Positions 17,612 through 27,814 of a stretch of DNA of 64,000 nt are shown piece by piece. The stretch's first letter is position 1. Each line of letters starts with the position of its first letter. The position numbers and the translations under genes are program-made. The notes under the pieces are model-generated. The model saw only the letters and a program-made list of their open reading frames with translations. It made no database searches and was not told where the DNA came from. This DNA comes from an uncultured Planctomycetota bacterium (lineage in GTDB: Bacteria; Planctomycetota; Planctomycetia; Isosphaerales; Isosphaeraceae). Where the stretch lies: NCBI GenBank assembly GCA_963823665.1, contig CAWGMQ010000008.1:2120493-2184492 (forward strand), in the 5' to 3' direction.

Positions 17612-20053
17612 ATGACCGAACGCGAGTTGTTCGAGGTTGCGCTGGAAACCGCACCGGCGGAGCGCACGCGTTATCTAGACGGGGCTTGTGCGGGCGACGT
17701 CAGCTTGCGCTCTCGGGTCGAAGCACTGTTGGCCCGGCACGCCGAAGCGGAAAGCTTTCTGGAGAAACCGCCCATGTCCGTAGACCTCACCGGTGCTTAC
17801 CAGCCGATCACGGAAAGACCGGGTGGAATTATCGGTCCGTACAAGTTGCTCCAGCAGATCGGTGAGGGCGGGTTTGGGGTTGTTTACATGGCCGAGCAAG
17901 GGCGGCCGGTGCGCCGGATGGTCGCGCTGAAGATCATCAAGCCGGGCATGGATACCGCTCAGGTCATCGCCCGCTTCGAGTCCGAGCGCCAGGCTCTCGC
18001 CCTCATGGACCACCCGAATATCGCTAAGGTCTTCGATGCCGGAGCGACAGAAAGCGGTCGGCCCTACTTTGTCATGGAATTGGTCAAGGGAGTACCCATC
18101 ACTGAATTCTGCGACAAGAACCAAGCGGCGCCCGTGGCCCGGCTGAAGCTGTTCGTCGACGTATGCCACGCAATCCAGCACGCCCACCACAAAGGGGTAA
18201 TCCACCGCGACATTAAGCCGTCGAACGTCATGGTCACACTGCACGATGGAGCGCCGGTGGTCAAAGTCATCGACTTCGGCGTGGCCAAGGCGACGGTGCA
18301 GAAGCTGACTGAGCGGACGCTCTTCACCGTCTACGGGCATATGATTGGCACGCCGGCCTACATGAGCCCTGAGCAGGCCGAGATGAGCGGACTGGACATT
18401 GACACCCGCTCCGATATTTATTCGCTGGGAGTCCTGCTTTACGAACTCCTGACGGGAACAACGCCGCTCGAAAGCAAGCGATTGCGACAAGCCGGGTACG
18501 CCGAAATGCAGCGGCTGATCCGCGACGAGGAGGCACCGCGGCCGAGCACCCGGCTCTCGTCCCTGGGCAATTCAGCGACCGTGTTGGCCGGCAACCGCGG
18601 TCTGGAGCCGAAGAGGTTGGTCCAACTCTTGGCCGACGATTTGGACTGGCTCGTGATGAAGGCGCTGGAGAAAGACCGCAGCCGCCGTTACGGCACACCA
18701 GGGAGCTTTGCCGAAGACGTCGAGCGTTACTTGCGTCGTGAGGCAATCCTCGCGCGCCCGCCGTCAGCCTCTTACAAGCTCAAGAAATTCGCGCAGCGTA
18801 ACCGTGCGGCGGTATTGACGGCGGCAATGATTTCATTGGCGTTGTTCGGTGGTGTCACCGGAACAACGATCGGATTGATACAGGCGAGGCGAGCAGAAGT
18901 AAATGTCCGCCGAGCCCTCGAACAAGTCACTGAAGAAAAAGCACTAGCTCAGGCAGCGATGACGGCAGAGCGTGCCACGAAGCAACGCGTGTTTAAGGCG
19001 CTGGACGAACTATCTCAATCCGTGATCCTAAGAAATCTGTCCCAGATCACGGTGGCAGGTAGAGCGTCGTTCGCGGGAATGCCCGGACAAAAGAATTCTC
19101 TACCCGTCCACGAGCGCAAGCTACTCGACAAGCTTGTCGAATACTACGAGAATTTCTGCACACAACAACCGGGTACAGTCGACGATCCAAGACTTCGTGC
19201 CGAGAGCTACATGAAGATCGGAGCAATGCGGAGGACGTTCGGCGATCACGCTTCGTCACTGGATGCCCACCAGCGTGCATTAGAAATCTGGGAGCGATTG
19301 ACAACAGGGTCGTCGGGAGCGCCTGAAGATCGCGACCGGCTACAAACATCACATTTGTGCGTTGCTGAAGCGTTGACAGATTTGCGTCGCTACAACGAGG
19401 CGCTCGCTCATTGGCAGCAACTGGTCGACCTCTCTCGCCCCGATGAGAAAGGATCCAACCTATGGCTGCGGGCGTGTGGCATGGCTCGCGCGGGGAAGGT
19501 GGTCGAGGCGGTCGCCGAAGTCGATTCGCTCACTCGCGGGGTCAAGACCTCGCACGCCGATCTTTACAATGCGGCCTGCGTTCTCGCGCTCGCCGCTGGG
19601 GTGGCGACGACCGATGAAGCCTTACGGAATTCCCTCGGAAACCGCGCCGTCGAGATGCTTCGACTCGCGCAACGTAGGGGCTTCTTCCGTAACGAGCCAA
19701 AGTTGACTCGTTTAGCGACGTTAAAGCTTGACCCCGACCTAAGCGCAATTCGCGGCCGCGCCGATTTCCGCCAATTCGTCGCCGAACAGGAATTAGAGGC
19801 ATTGAGCGCGCCAAGGAGTGAAGCAGCCTGGGTATCCAGAGATCTAACCGCAATGGCGCAATGCGGGTTATCGAAGAGTGACACCGGCGGGCAGTCGCTT
19901 GGGTCCTCCGTGGTACTGCCGCCCTCTCGTAACAGTGCCCCACCCCGAAGGGCAGTTCCTGACGACAGCCGCACCATTGCCACAGCAGGTGCGCCAGAGG
20001 GTTCAGTCATATTCTCGGCGCGGTCGCAGGACCCTACTTCCCATGCTTCTTAG
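17612..20053 (+). CDS. Hanks-type Ser/Thr protein kinase with TM helix and TPR-like C-terminus
   Basis: [33 protein letters not shown] and DIYSLG motifs. TM helix [16 protein letters not shown]. Terminal '[10 protein letters not shown]...[13 protein letters not shown]' motif. Confidence 0.93.
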   Translation: MTERELFEVALETAPAERTRYLDGACAGDVSLRSRVEALLARHAEAESFLEKPPMSVDLTGAYQPITERPGGIIGPYKLLQQIGEGGFGVVYMAEQGRPVRRMVALKIIKPGMDTAQVIARFESERQALALMDHPNIAKVFDAGATESGRPYFVMELVKGVPITEFCDKNQAAPVARLKLFVDVCHAIQHAHHKGVIHRDIKPSNVMVTLHDGAPVVKVIDFGVAKATVQKLTERTLFTVYGHMIGTPAYMSPEQAEMSGLDIDTRSDIYSLGVLLYELLTGTTPLESKRLRQAGYAEMQRLIRDEEAPRPSTRLSSLGNSATVLAGNRGLEPKRLVQLLADDLDWLVMKALEKDRSRRYGTPGSFAEDVERYLRREAILARPPSASYKLKKFAQRNRAAVLTAAMISLALFGGVTGTTIGLIQARRAEVNVRRALEQVTEEKALAQAAMTAERATKQRVFKALDELSQSVILRNLSQITVAGRASFAGMPGQKNSLPVHERKLLDKLVEYYENFCTQQPGTVDDPRLRAESYMKIGAMRRTFGDHASSLDAHQRALEIWERLTTGSSGAPEDRDRLQTSHLCVAEALTDLRRYNEALAHWQQLVDLSRPDEKGSNLWLRACGMARAGKVVEAVAEVDSLTRGVKTSHADLYNAACVLALAAGVATTDEALRNSLGNRAVEMLRLAQRRGFFRNEPKLTRLATLKLDPDLSAIRGRADFRQFVAEQELEALSAPRSEAAWVSRDLTAMAQCGLSKSDTGGQSLGSSVVLPPSRNSAPPRRAVPDDSRTIATAGAPEGSVIFSARSQDPTSHAS

Positions 20054-20252
20054 GCCAGATACGAACGCACCTAATCCGGATGGGCTGGTGGCTCCGCGAA
20101 AGGCTTCCGTCTGGGTAGGTGCCGCTACCGTCCTCGGCTGTGAGCGGACCGCACGTGCCCCTCCAAATCACGCTTTTCATCCAAATTCGGCGCCTTGTCG
20201 CGCGACCTCCTCTAGCGACCCTTGGTCATGCGACGCCGACGGTCACTGCGGC

Positions 20253-20471
20253 CTAGAGTTTTTGCTCTTCCGCCTGCGGCACGTCGACAACAACGAAGCG
20301 GTGGGACGGATAAAGGTAGTCTTCGCCGGAGTCGTCAATGATCCGCATCACGTTCTCGTCCGCCGCCGCAACGTCGGGCAGCACACGGTAGAGCATACCG
20401 ACAGCCAGGTCATCGCACCCATCGTTCGCCACGCAGATGGCGAAGACTGGTCTGGTGTGTTGGGCTGCCAT
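20253..20471 (-). CDS. Small conserved hypothetical protein ('RIIDDSGEDYLYP' family)
   Basis: 72 aa, 'FAICVANDG...YRVLPD...RIIDDSGEDYLYP'. I recognise this as a widespread uncharacterised family. Confidence 0.7.
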   Translation of the reverse strand: MAAQHTRPVFAICVANDGCDDLAVGMLYRVLPDVAAADENVMRIIDDSGEDYLYPSHRFVVVDVPQAEEQKL

Positions 20472-20533
20472 GGATTCGGACCAATACCCGCCTGAGGAAT
20501 CGTCAGGCTGATCGCCTGACCTACGCTGCGCGA

Positions 20534-22019
20534 TCAAGCAAGGATTTCTGTCGCCACGCGCCCGCTCACGTCGGTCAGCCGAAAATCGCGGCCGCTGTAC
20601 CGATAGGTGAGCCGCTCGTGATCCAGCCCCATTAAATGCAGGATCGTGGCATGAAGGTCATGCACGTGCATCCGCCTATCGACCGCTTGCATCCCCAGCT
20701 CGTCCGTCGCGCCGTGGACGAAACCCCCTCTGACGCCGCCGCCGGCCAGCCACATCGAGAACCCCAGGCTGTGGTGATCGCGACCCTTTGCCCCTTCGGA
20801 ATAAGGCGTCCGGCCGAATTCGCCGCCCCAGATAACCAGAGTATCTTCGAGCAGGCCCCGTGCTTTGAGGTCCTTGACGAGCGCGGCGATCGGGCGATCG
20901 CTCTTGCGAGCATGATCACGGTGTTTGTTGATGTCTTGATGGTCGTCCCACGGTTGGCCATCTCCGTAGTAGACCTGAACCACGCGCACTCCGCGCTCCA
21001 CCAGACGGCGAGCAATCAGACAGGCGCTCGCAAACTCGCCGTCGCCGTATTCCTGGCGGGTGAATCTCGATTCGTTTGCCAGGTCGAAGGCTTCGCGCGC
21101 CTCGAACTGCATCCGAAACGCCATCTCCATCGACGCAATCCGGGCCTCGAGTGCGAGATCAGCAGTGCGCGCATGAAGGTGCTCGCGGTTCAGTTGTTGA
21201 ACCAGGTCGAGCATGCCGCGCTGCTCGGTGCGGGACAGGTGGCGACTGGTAATGTCACGAATGATCCGGTCGGGGTCGATCGACTGGTTGCGGATATGCG
21301 TTCCCTGGTAGATACCCGGCAAGAAGCTGCTGCTCCACAATTGCGGGCCGACGACCGGCTTGCCGGGGCAGAGCACCACGAACCCCGGGAGGTTCTGGTT
21401 TTCGCTGCCCAGGCCGAATACCAGCCACGAGCCCAGACTGGGACGAATCGGCTGCATGTTGCCCGAGTTCATCATCAAGAGCGAGGGTTCATGGTTGGGG
21501 TTATCCGTGTACAGCGAGCGAAGAACGCAGATTTCGTCAATGCAGCCGGCTACATGCGGGAAGAGATTTGTGAGCGAGATTCCGCTCTGCCCGTGAGGCC
21601 GCGCGGGAAACGGCGAAGGCATGATCTTGCCGCGTTTTCGCCGCCCGGTCGCCACGGAGTGCGGGTGGGTCTTGCCCGGCATATCGCTCGAGCGCGGGCT
21701 TGGGATCGAAAGTGTCGACGTGCGATGGCCCGCCGTTCATGAACAAGAAGATGACGCGTTTGGCGCGAGCCGGAAAGTGTGACGCTTTGGGTGCCAGGGG
21801 ATCGCGAGCAACCGTTTCCTCGTTGCCGCCCGTTGCTGCGGCCCAGGCTGATTCGCCCCTGACCGGGATACCGGCGCAAGAAAGCACCTGCGCCAACCCC
21901 AGCGCACCGAAGCCTCCACCGATCCTCGAAAAAATCGCACGGCGAGAGAAGAGGCGGAGCGAAGCAATAGACTCGTCGTTCGAAGCCGGTCTGCGTGCAA
22001 GATCATCACTCGTCTGCAT
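20534..22019 (-). CDS. DUF1501 domain-containing protein; one frameshift at ~21665
   Basis: Tat-like 'SRRAIF' and 'AKRVIFLFMNGGPSHVDTFDPKP' in ORF 21537-22019. It continues in ORF 20534-21682 with 'WDDH', 'EFGRTP', 'GRDHH' and 'HDLHATILHLMG'. There is an extra C in a CCC run. Confidence 0.9.
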
Positions 22020-22078
22020 CGCCGGATCACTCCGCGTGAGTCAGGCGCCGAGGCGCCACAATCCTCGTGATATCCAGT

Positions 22079-24508
22079 TCAGTCTACAAATAAAAACTCG
22101 CTTGTGGCGAGCAGCGCTTGCGCATAACGCTCACAGCGGCTCATGCCGGTATGGCGCGAAGGACTGTCATCGGCACCCAGGAGATAATGTAGGCCGAGAA
22201 TTCGTTCACGTTCGGTCGCCGGCCGGCCGAAGCATAGCTCGTAAGCGCGGCGGATCAGGTCGTCGTCAGCGTCGCGAATTCCGGCGGACGCCGACTGCTT
22301 CAGTCGAGCGGCCACGGCTCGGGCGTTCGCGATCATGAATTCGCTGTTCAACACGAAGAGCTGCTGGATGGGAACGGTCGTTTCGACTCGTGCACCGCTC
22401 GTGATGTTGGGGTCGGGAAAGTCGAACAGCCGCAGCATCCAGGCCAGGTCATGACGGCTGATGGCGGCATAGAGAGTTCGGCGCTCGTTCGCGGGTAAAT
22501 CCAGGCTGAGCGACGGCCCACCCATCTTCAAGTCAAGACGCCCGGCCACGGCCAGGATGGCATCGCGCCATGCTTCGACGTCCAGCCGGCGCCGGTTCAT
22601 CCGCCAGAGAAGCACGTTCTGCGGGTCCTTCGATTGACTGGTCGAATCAAACCGGCTGCTCTGGCGGTAGGTCGAAGACAACATGATCTCGCGATGCAGT
22701 GACTTGAGCGACCATCCTGAGGCGATGAATCGCCGAGCAAGCCAATCGAGCAGTTCGGGATGGCTCGGCCGTTCGCCCAGGGCGCCGAAGTTGCTCGGCG
22801 TGGCGACGAGCCCGTTGCCGAAGTGGTGCTGCCAAACCCGGTTGACCATCACCCGCGCGGTGAGAGGGTTGCCTTCGCTGGCGATGGCAAGCGCCAGCTC
22901 GAGGCGTCCGCTCCCTCGAGCGAACGGCCTCTGATCGCCTCCGAGCACAGTCAGAAAGTGCCGCGGCACCGTGGCACCGGGCGTGGTCGAGTTGCCGCGG
23001 ATCAAGACCGGTGCATCACCCGGACGCGATGCCTCACCGAGGGTATGGATGACGGGGAAGGGGGGCGGAGCGTGCTTCTTCAAGCCGGCGAGCTCGGTCC
23101 GAAGGCCCGCGAGCTTTTTCTTGCCTTCATCAGAAAGCTTGGATTCGACCTGCTTCAACTGATTGCCGGCTACTTTAAGTCTCAGGCGATCGGCTTCTCC
23201 CTTCAGGAACGCGTTAATCTCCTTATCCTTGGCTTGAATCGCGGATTGGGCCGCCTTGTAGGCGTCGACAACTTCCCTGGGAACGGCCGGCTCCTCGACG
23301 TACTCCGTGCTGGCGAAAACACCTTCGAGCGCATAGAAATCGGTCGTTGGAACCGGGTCGTACTTGTGGTCGTGGCAACGCGCACAGGCCACGGTGAGCC
23401 CCAGGAATCCGCGGGTCAAGGTGTCGATCCGATCGGCGTACTGGTCGTGCTTCTGGGCATCTCCGTAATAGACCGGCCCGCACGCGAAGAACCCCAGCGC
23501 CGCCAGACGCTCTGCACGCCCGGGCCCTTCGATCAGGTCGCCTGCAATCTGTTCGCGAACAAAGCGGTCGTAGGCGATATCTTCGTTCAAAGCCCGGACC
23601 ACCCAATCACGGTACCGGTATCCATTCGGGTAAAGCCGCGGCTGAAATGAGTGGGCTTGGTCCTCGCCATACCGCGCGACGTCGAGCCAGTATCGGCTCC
23701 ATCGTTCGCCGTATTGCGGAGATGCCAGCAGCCTCTCAACGAGCCGAGCATATGCACCCGGAGATTCATCCGCCTGAAACGCTGTGACCTCCGCAGGTGC
23801 AGGAGGCAGTCCAACGAGATCGAAGTAGGCGCGTCGGATCAATGTCGCCTTATCCGCTGCGGGTGCCGGCGCGAGGTGGTTTTCCTCGAGCTTGGCGAGC
23901 ACGAAGCGGTCGATCGCCGAAGCAGGCCATGTTTCGTCTTTGACCGGCGGTGGCGCCGGATCTCGCAACGGTTGAAACGACCAGAATGACCGTTGCGCGG
24001 CGCTGATGCTGGGGCCCGATGCGAGGGACGACCCGGATGATGGCGGCGTGGAAGTCGCTGCCGGGCCGGCCGCACGGCGTGGGGTCGCCGGCCAGATCGC
24101 ACCGCGCTTCACCCATTCCGTGAGGGCGGCAATCTCATCATCCTTGAGTTTTCCCTTCGGGGGCATCTGCACGTCCCCCTCATAGCGGATCGCTGCGATC
24201 AGCGGGCTGGTGCCCGGCTTGCCGGGAACCACCACCGGCCCACTTTCGGCCCCCTTGAGAACCGCTTCTCGCGAGTCGAGCCGCAGGCCGCCTTTGCTCT
24301 TCTCGCTCCCGTGACATTCGAGACACCGGTTGAAAAGCACCGGCCGGATCTTGGTCTCGAAAAATTCCTCCTGTGCGCGGTGATCGGCATTCGCCGTCGC
24401 GGGCTTCTGCGCAGACACGGGCCTCGTCAGGCCTGAAAGCGCCCCGGCGAGCAAGAACCACAACAGAAGCAAGGCGCGCAAGCTCGAGCTTCGTGAGCCG
24501 GCCATCAT
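22079..24508 (-). CDS. PSCyt1 + DUF1549 + DUF1553 (PSD1) domain protein
   Basis: Signal peptide, 'CLECH', 'FWSFQP', 'LIRRAYFDLVGLPP', 'CARCHDHKYDP', 'NPLTARVMVNRVWQHHFG' and 'EFLFVD'. Confidence 0.93.
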   Translation of the reverse strand: MMAGSRSSSLRALLLLWFLLAGALSGLTRPVSAQKPATANADHRAQEEFFETKIRPVLFNRCLECHGSEKSKGGLRLDSREAVLKGAESGPVVVPGKPGTSPLIAAIRYEGDVQMPPKGKLKDDEIAALTEWVKRGAIWPATPRRAAGPAATSTPPSSGSSLASGPSISAAQRSFWSFQPLRDPAPPPVKDETWPASAIDRFVLAKLEENHLAPAPAADKATLIRRAYFDLVGLPPAPAEVTAFQADESPGAYARLVERLLASPQYGERWSRYWLDVARYGEDQAHSFQPRLYPNGYRYRDWVVRALNEDIAYDRFVREQIAGDLIEGPGRAERLAALGFFACGPVYYGDAQKHDQYADRIDTLTRGFLGLTVACARCHDHKYDPVPTTDFYALEGVFASTEYVEEPAVPREVVDAYKAAQSAIQAKDKEINAFLKGEADRLRLKVAGNQLKQVESKLSDEGKKKLAGLRTELAGLKKHAPPPFPVIHTLGEASRPGDAPVLIRGNSTTPGATVPRHFLTVLGGDQRPFARGSGRLELALAIASEGNPLTARVMVNRVWQHHFGNGLVATPSNFGALGERPSHPELLDWLARRFIASGWSLKSLHREIMLSSTYRQSSRFDSTSQSKDPQNVLLWRMNRRRLDVEAWRDAILAVAGRLDLKMGGPSLSLDLPANERRTLYAAISRHDLAWMLRLFDFPDPNITSGARVETTVPIQQLFVLNSEFMIANARAVAARLKQSASAGIRDADDDLIRRAYELCFGRPATERERILGLHYLLGADDSPSRHTGMSRCERYAQALLATSEFLFVD

Positions 24509-24530
24509 TCTTACCTGCGGTGGGACAAGC

Positions 24531-24548
24531 GTTTAACCAATATTAAAC
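24531..24548. promoter_or_regulatory. AT-rich inverted repeat upstream of the PSD1/DUF1501 operon
   Basis: GTTTAA-CCAATA-TTAAAC, about 23 bp upstream of the start codon. A minus-strand TTGACA lies at ~24569-24574. Confidence 0.4.
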
Positions 24549-24654
24549 ATCGGCCATTTGTGGGCTGGTGTCAAGGAATAATGCGGACGTGGGCGAACAT
24601 GACAGGTGCAGTAGATGAGACAGGAGGAGGCCGGTTCTGCGGCGTCACACTCCA

Positions 24655-27042
24655 TCAACGCTTGGCCGGGCGATTGAACTTTGCTTCGAAGGCTCGCAGG
24701 CGTTTCAGGTTCGCTTGATCGCGCACGAAGATTTCGCATGCCATCTGATACGAGGCGGTGGTCTTGGTACATATCAGCGTTTGTGGACTGCCAACTCGCA
24801 GAGTTTCGTGCGTCAGGTCGCAGCCATTGTTCTCGATGATCTGGTGCAAATGACGACGACGCTCCCTGCGAACAGGGAATCGGTGCATCGATTCCTGAAG
24901 GTTGGCAAGAAACTCGCTCAGTTCCCTGCAGTCGGGGCATGTGCAAGAGAGCTTGGCCGGACGGCGAAAATCGGCCGGACGCGTTGGGGCATGCTCTGTG
25001 CGTTTCTCGAACTCAGCCCGGCAGCGCCCCAACCACCCCTTCACCACACGACCGACTTCACCCTTGATTCGACCCAGGCCCGATTCGAGCGTAAAGATGG
25101 CGGCCGCGTGGGCGCTCGTCAGATCGTATGTGCGCGCCTCAGCGATCGTATGATCCACGAGCCGCTCGAGCGATGTGCTGGATTCGATCGATATCATCGA
25201 TTTGACGAGCGAGGCCAGTAGCCCACCGCGTTCAATTCTCTCGACATCCCAGTCGTCCGGCGTTCGCTTTTTGTCAAAGAGCATCAGCGCTGTTACGGCA
25301 TGATCCGCAAGATGAGTGCACAGTTTCGTGCGCGCGACATCCTTGTCGCGCAGCAGGCAAAGTGTTTCCAGGAGCGACGCGTTGCGCACCAGCGTGTCGG
25401 ACGTCACCCCATCGATGACAGAGGTCAAGCCGTCCTGAAAAAGAGCCCACCCGTGCCGTTTGCAAAACGATGGAAAGGATTTTCCAACGTGAATGTCACC
25501 GTCCTTCGAAACGACCTCAATGAGGAACCGGTTCATCAATTTCGGATCGCCCAAATCCTCCAGCACTTGCGAGAACTGCGAGCGGTCCAGCTTGGTCTCC
25601 GGCGTATACGTGTGGTAGCTGAACTCCGGCGGCCCCCAGGTCTTGATGATGGCGCTCGCAAACTCTGTGCATTCCTTTTTCAGTTTCTGTTGATCGGAGC
25701 GTCGGACGCGCTTCAACCGCCCGACAAGTTTCTTGATTCCGGAAATCGCGGCGTCGGTGCCGGCGCCGCATAGAACTTCGAAGTTCTTCTCCTCAGGCCA
25801 GATGATAACCGCCGCGCGGTGATACCAGCGTTCGAGCGTCATCCCGGCGTTGCCCGTATAGCCTTCGAAATCCTCGCGACCCAGGTCCCAGTCCTCAAGC
25901 GGACAATTCGAGACGATCTCCGCTTCACCGAGCGCCATCTCGCCGAAAGCGATTTTGTTTCCTTCACGGTCCGACCAGTGATTGACGGATAGCCCCTGGT
26001 CGTAGATCTCGCCCATTTCGTGGCCGGTACCTTCGTCGGGCTCCTCGTCTTCTTCGCCGTACGACCAGCTCTCGTAGTCACGATAGCCACGCGAATAACC
26101 GTAGTCACCCCCCTCTGCGCTGCCGCTTTGCCAGCGAGTGATCAGAGCCAGATGGGCGGCGCAGCCGGCGTGTTCCGCGGCGGCGAACAACACATCAGCG
26201 CGGGCGCGATCGACGCCCTTGAGCGTGCTGATGTTTAATCCCTCGGGAGTGTACTGATGCTCAAAGGTGACAGCCAGCTTCGATATCCCTCCGGTCGACG
26301 GCCAATCCGCGAGCAATTCGCTGATCGAGGCGATGATCGGGGCGGATTGCGGGGCCGAGATTCCGCTCTTGTGGCGCGAGCCGGCGACAGTCAAGTTGTA
26401 GACGAGACAAAGGCGATAACCTTCGCGAATTGGCTTCACTTCGTGCTCGCAATCCGCATAAAACGCAGCAAAGCTGAGCTCATATCCCGACGCGGCACCG
26501 GCGAGCGCCACCTCGTGGCGCTTTCCTTCGTGAGTCACAACCAGCTTACCCCCCTTGTGCGGTGAGGGCAGACCGATGATCAACGTCGCGACCATCCCAT
26601 CAAGCTTTTCGCCGTCACGATGGGAGAGGAAGAAACTCTCTCTCTCATACACCAGCAGCTTATAGAGCCGCGCGGCCAATTTGCTGCCTTCAAGGCCGAG
26701 CGCGACGCGTGTTTCGTCGGTGATCGTTGAGACCACCTCGTCCCACTTGGGATTGGTCAACTTGAATCGGGCGGGGTCGAGCTCCCACACATGGCGCACA
26801 TTCGTGTCGACCAGCGTCTCGGTACCCTTGCCGTAGGGCGCCTGAGAACATCGTCCGATCAACTCACGTGCCTGCGATTCCCCAAGTGGAAGACGGATCG
26901 CGCCGAGCCCATCGACTTCCAGCCCGGGCATTGTCACCGGAAGGTCACGAGAGACGCAGATCGATCCTGGACGATCGACCTTCCTGAGGATCTCGAGCAA
27001 TCGCTCCTGAATCGCTGCTTGGGCCTTTTCCACGGTTGCCAT
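24655..27042 (-). CDS. Large 2OG-Fe(II) oxygenase-superfamily protein
   Basis: 'YKLLVY...FFLSHRDGEK' (HxD) and 'FYADCEHEVKPIREGYRLCLVYNL' (distal H and R). C-terminal 'CTCPDC'. GGAGG RBS before ATG 27042. Confidence 0.85.
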   Translation of the reverse strand: MATVEKAQAAIQERLLEILRKVDRPGSICVSRDLPVTMPGLEVDGLGAIRLPLGESQARELIGRCSQAPYGKGTETLVDTNVRHVWELDPARFKLTNPKWDEVVSTITDETRVALGLEGSKLAARLYKLLVYERESFFLSHRDGEKLDGMVATLIIGLPSPHKGGKLVVTHEGKRHEVALAGAASGYELSFAAFYADCEHEVKPIREGYRLCLVYNLTVAGSRHKSGISAPQSAPIIASISELLADWPSTGGISKLAVTFEHQYTPEGLNISTLKGVDRARADVLFAAAEHAGCAAHLALITRWQSGSAEGGDYGYSRGYRDYESWSYGEEDEEPDEGTGHEMGEIYDQGLSVNHWSDREGNKIAFGEMALGEAEIVSNCPLEDWDLGREDFEGYTGNAGMTLERWYHRAAVIIWPEEKNFEVLCGAGTDAAISGIKKLVGRLKRVRRSDQQKLKKECTEFASAIIKTWGPPEFSYHTYTPETKLDRSQFSQVLEDLGDPKLMNRFLIEVVSKDGDIHVGKSFPSFCKRHGWALFQDGLTSVIDGVTSDTLVRNASLLETLCLLRDKDVARTKLCTHLADHAVTALMLFDKKRTPDDWDVERIERGGLLASLVKSMISIESSTSLERLVDHTIAEARTYDLTSAHAAAIFTLESGLGRIKGEVGRVVKGWLGRCRAEFEKRTEHAPTRPADFRRPAKLSCTCPDCRELSEFLANLQESMHRFPVRRERRRHLHQIIENNGCDLTHETLRVGSPQTLICTKTTASYQMACEIFVRDQANLKRLRAFEAKFNRPAKR

Positions 27043-27073
27043 GTCGGTTCCTCCGTGTAGTGATTTACTCGTT

Positions 27074-27689
27074 TCATCGCCAGGCAGGGTTGCTCCACAG
27101 CCCGGCAGCGGTTGTGGCAGGCTTGCCATCGTTTTGTCCCGCCGAAAAGATCAGAGGCTCCGGTGCTTTACCCCGCTGGAAGTGCATCATCAGCAATCGC
27201 TTCCCGTCCGGTGATGGCGCGGGGAACGCGCATCCCTTCATCCCGTCGACGTAAGGTTTCTCGTCGCCACCTTCGAGGTCGCAGGTCTTCCACAGATGTG
27301 ACACCAGGTCTTGATACAAGAGTAGGTAGTCGGTACATCGAGGGGTGCCTCGAACGGGCGATATTTCCCTGTTTTCCCTCGGTCATTCACATACCAAACA
27401 TTGTCCTTCTGAGTGATGCGAGCGATTTCCTCGCGGCGGCCTTGAAACTCAGCCGAGCGTACGGAGCGTCTCATGCCTGGAGCAATGATGACCTCGACGA
27501 CGAACTGGTAGCCGCCGGGCACCAAGGTTGTCGTCGTCCACGACGCAGTCTCTTTCTCGAGTCGTTTCATCGAGGCTTTGCCGGCGCGCGCGATGGCGGC
27601 GCGGTCTGCGCCTGGGGGACACCCTGTCCAAGAACAGGGCAAGCCAGTGAAATCCAGCAGATTCCGATTTTCCAGAGCGGGCGTGTCAT
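27074..27689 (-). pseudogene. Remnant of an exported protein with a TolB/PD40-like C-terminus (frameshifted, probably internally deleted)
   Basis: Signal peptide MTRPLWKIGICWISLACPVLG from ATG 27689. Frameshift in the G5 run at 27614-27618, and a second frame change at ~27322 into 'LLYQD...FPAPSPDGKRLL...WSNPAWR'. Confidence 0.55.
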
Positions 27690-27814
27690 GCGTGGCGCAT
27701 ATCCTGCTGAAGTTCCGGTGGCGAGTTCGATGTTCCCAACATGGTATCGCGGCATGCCAGGGAGTCAAATTGCCGCTCAAATCGATCGGCGGGCGGTCGA
27801 GCAGTCGCCTTGCG

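Noticed and set aside
13861..20533. Integron cassette array or prophage
   Set aside because: There is no integrase, no repeated attC-like RYYYAAC...GTTRRRY sites and no phage genes, and gene orientation is mixed.
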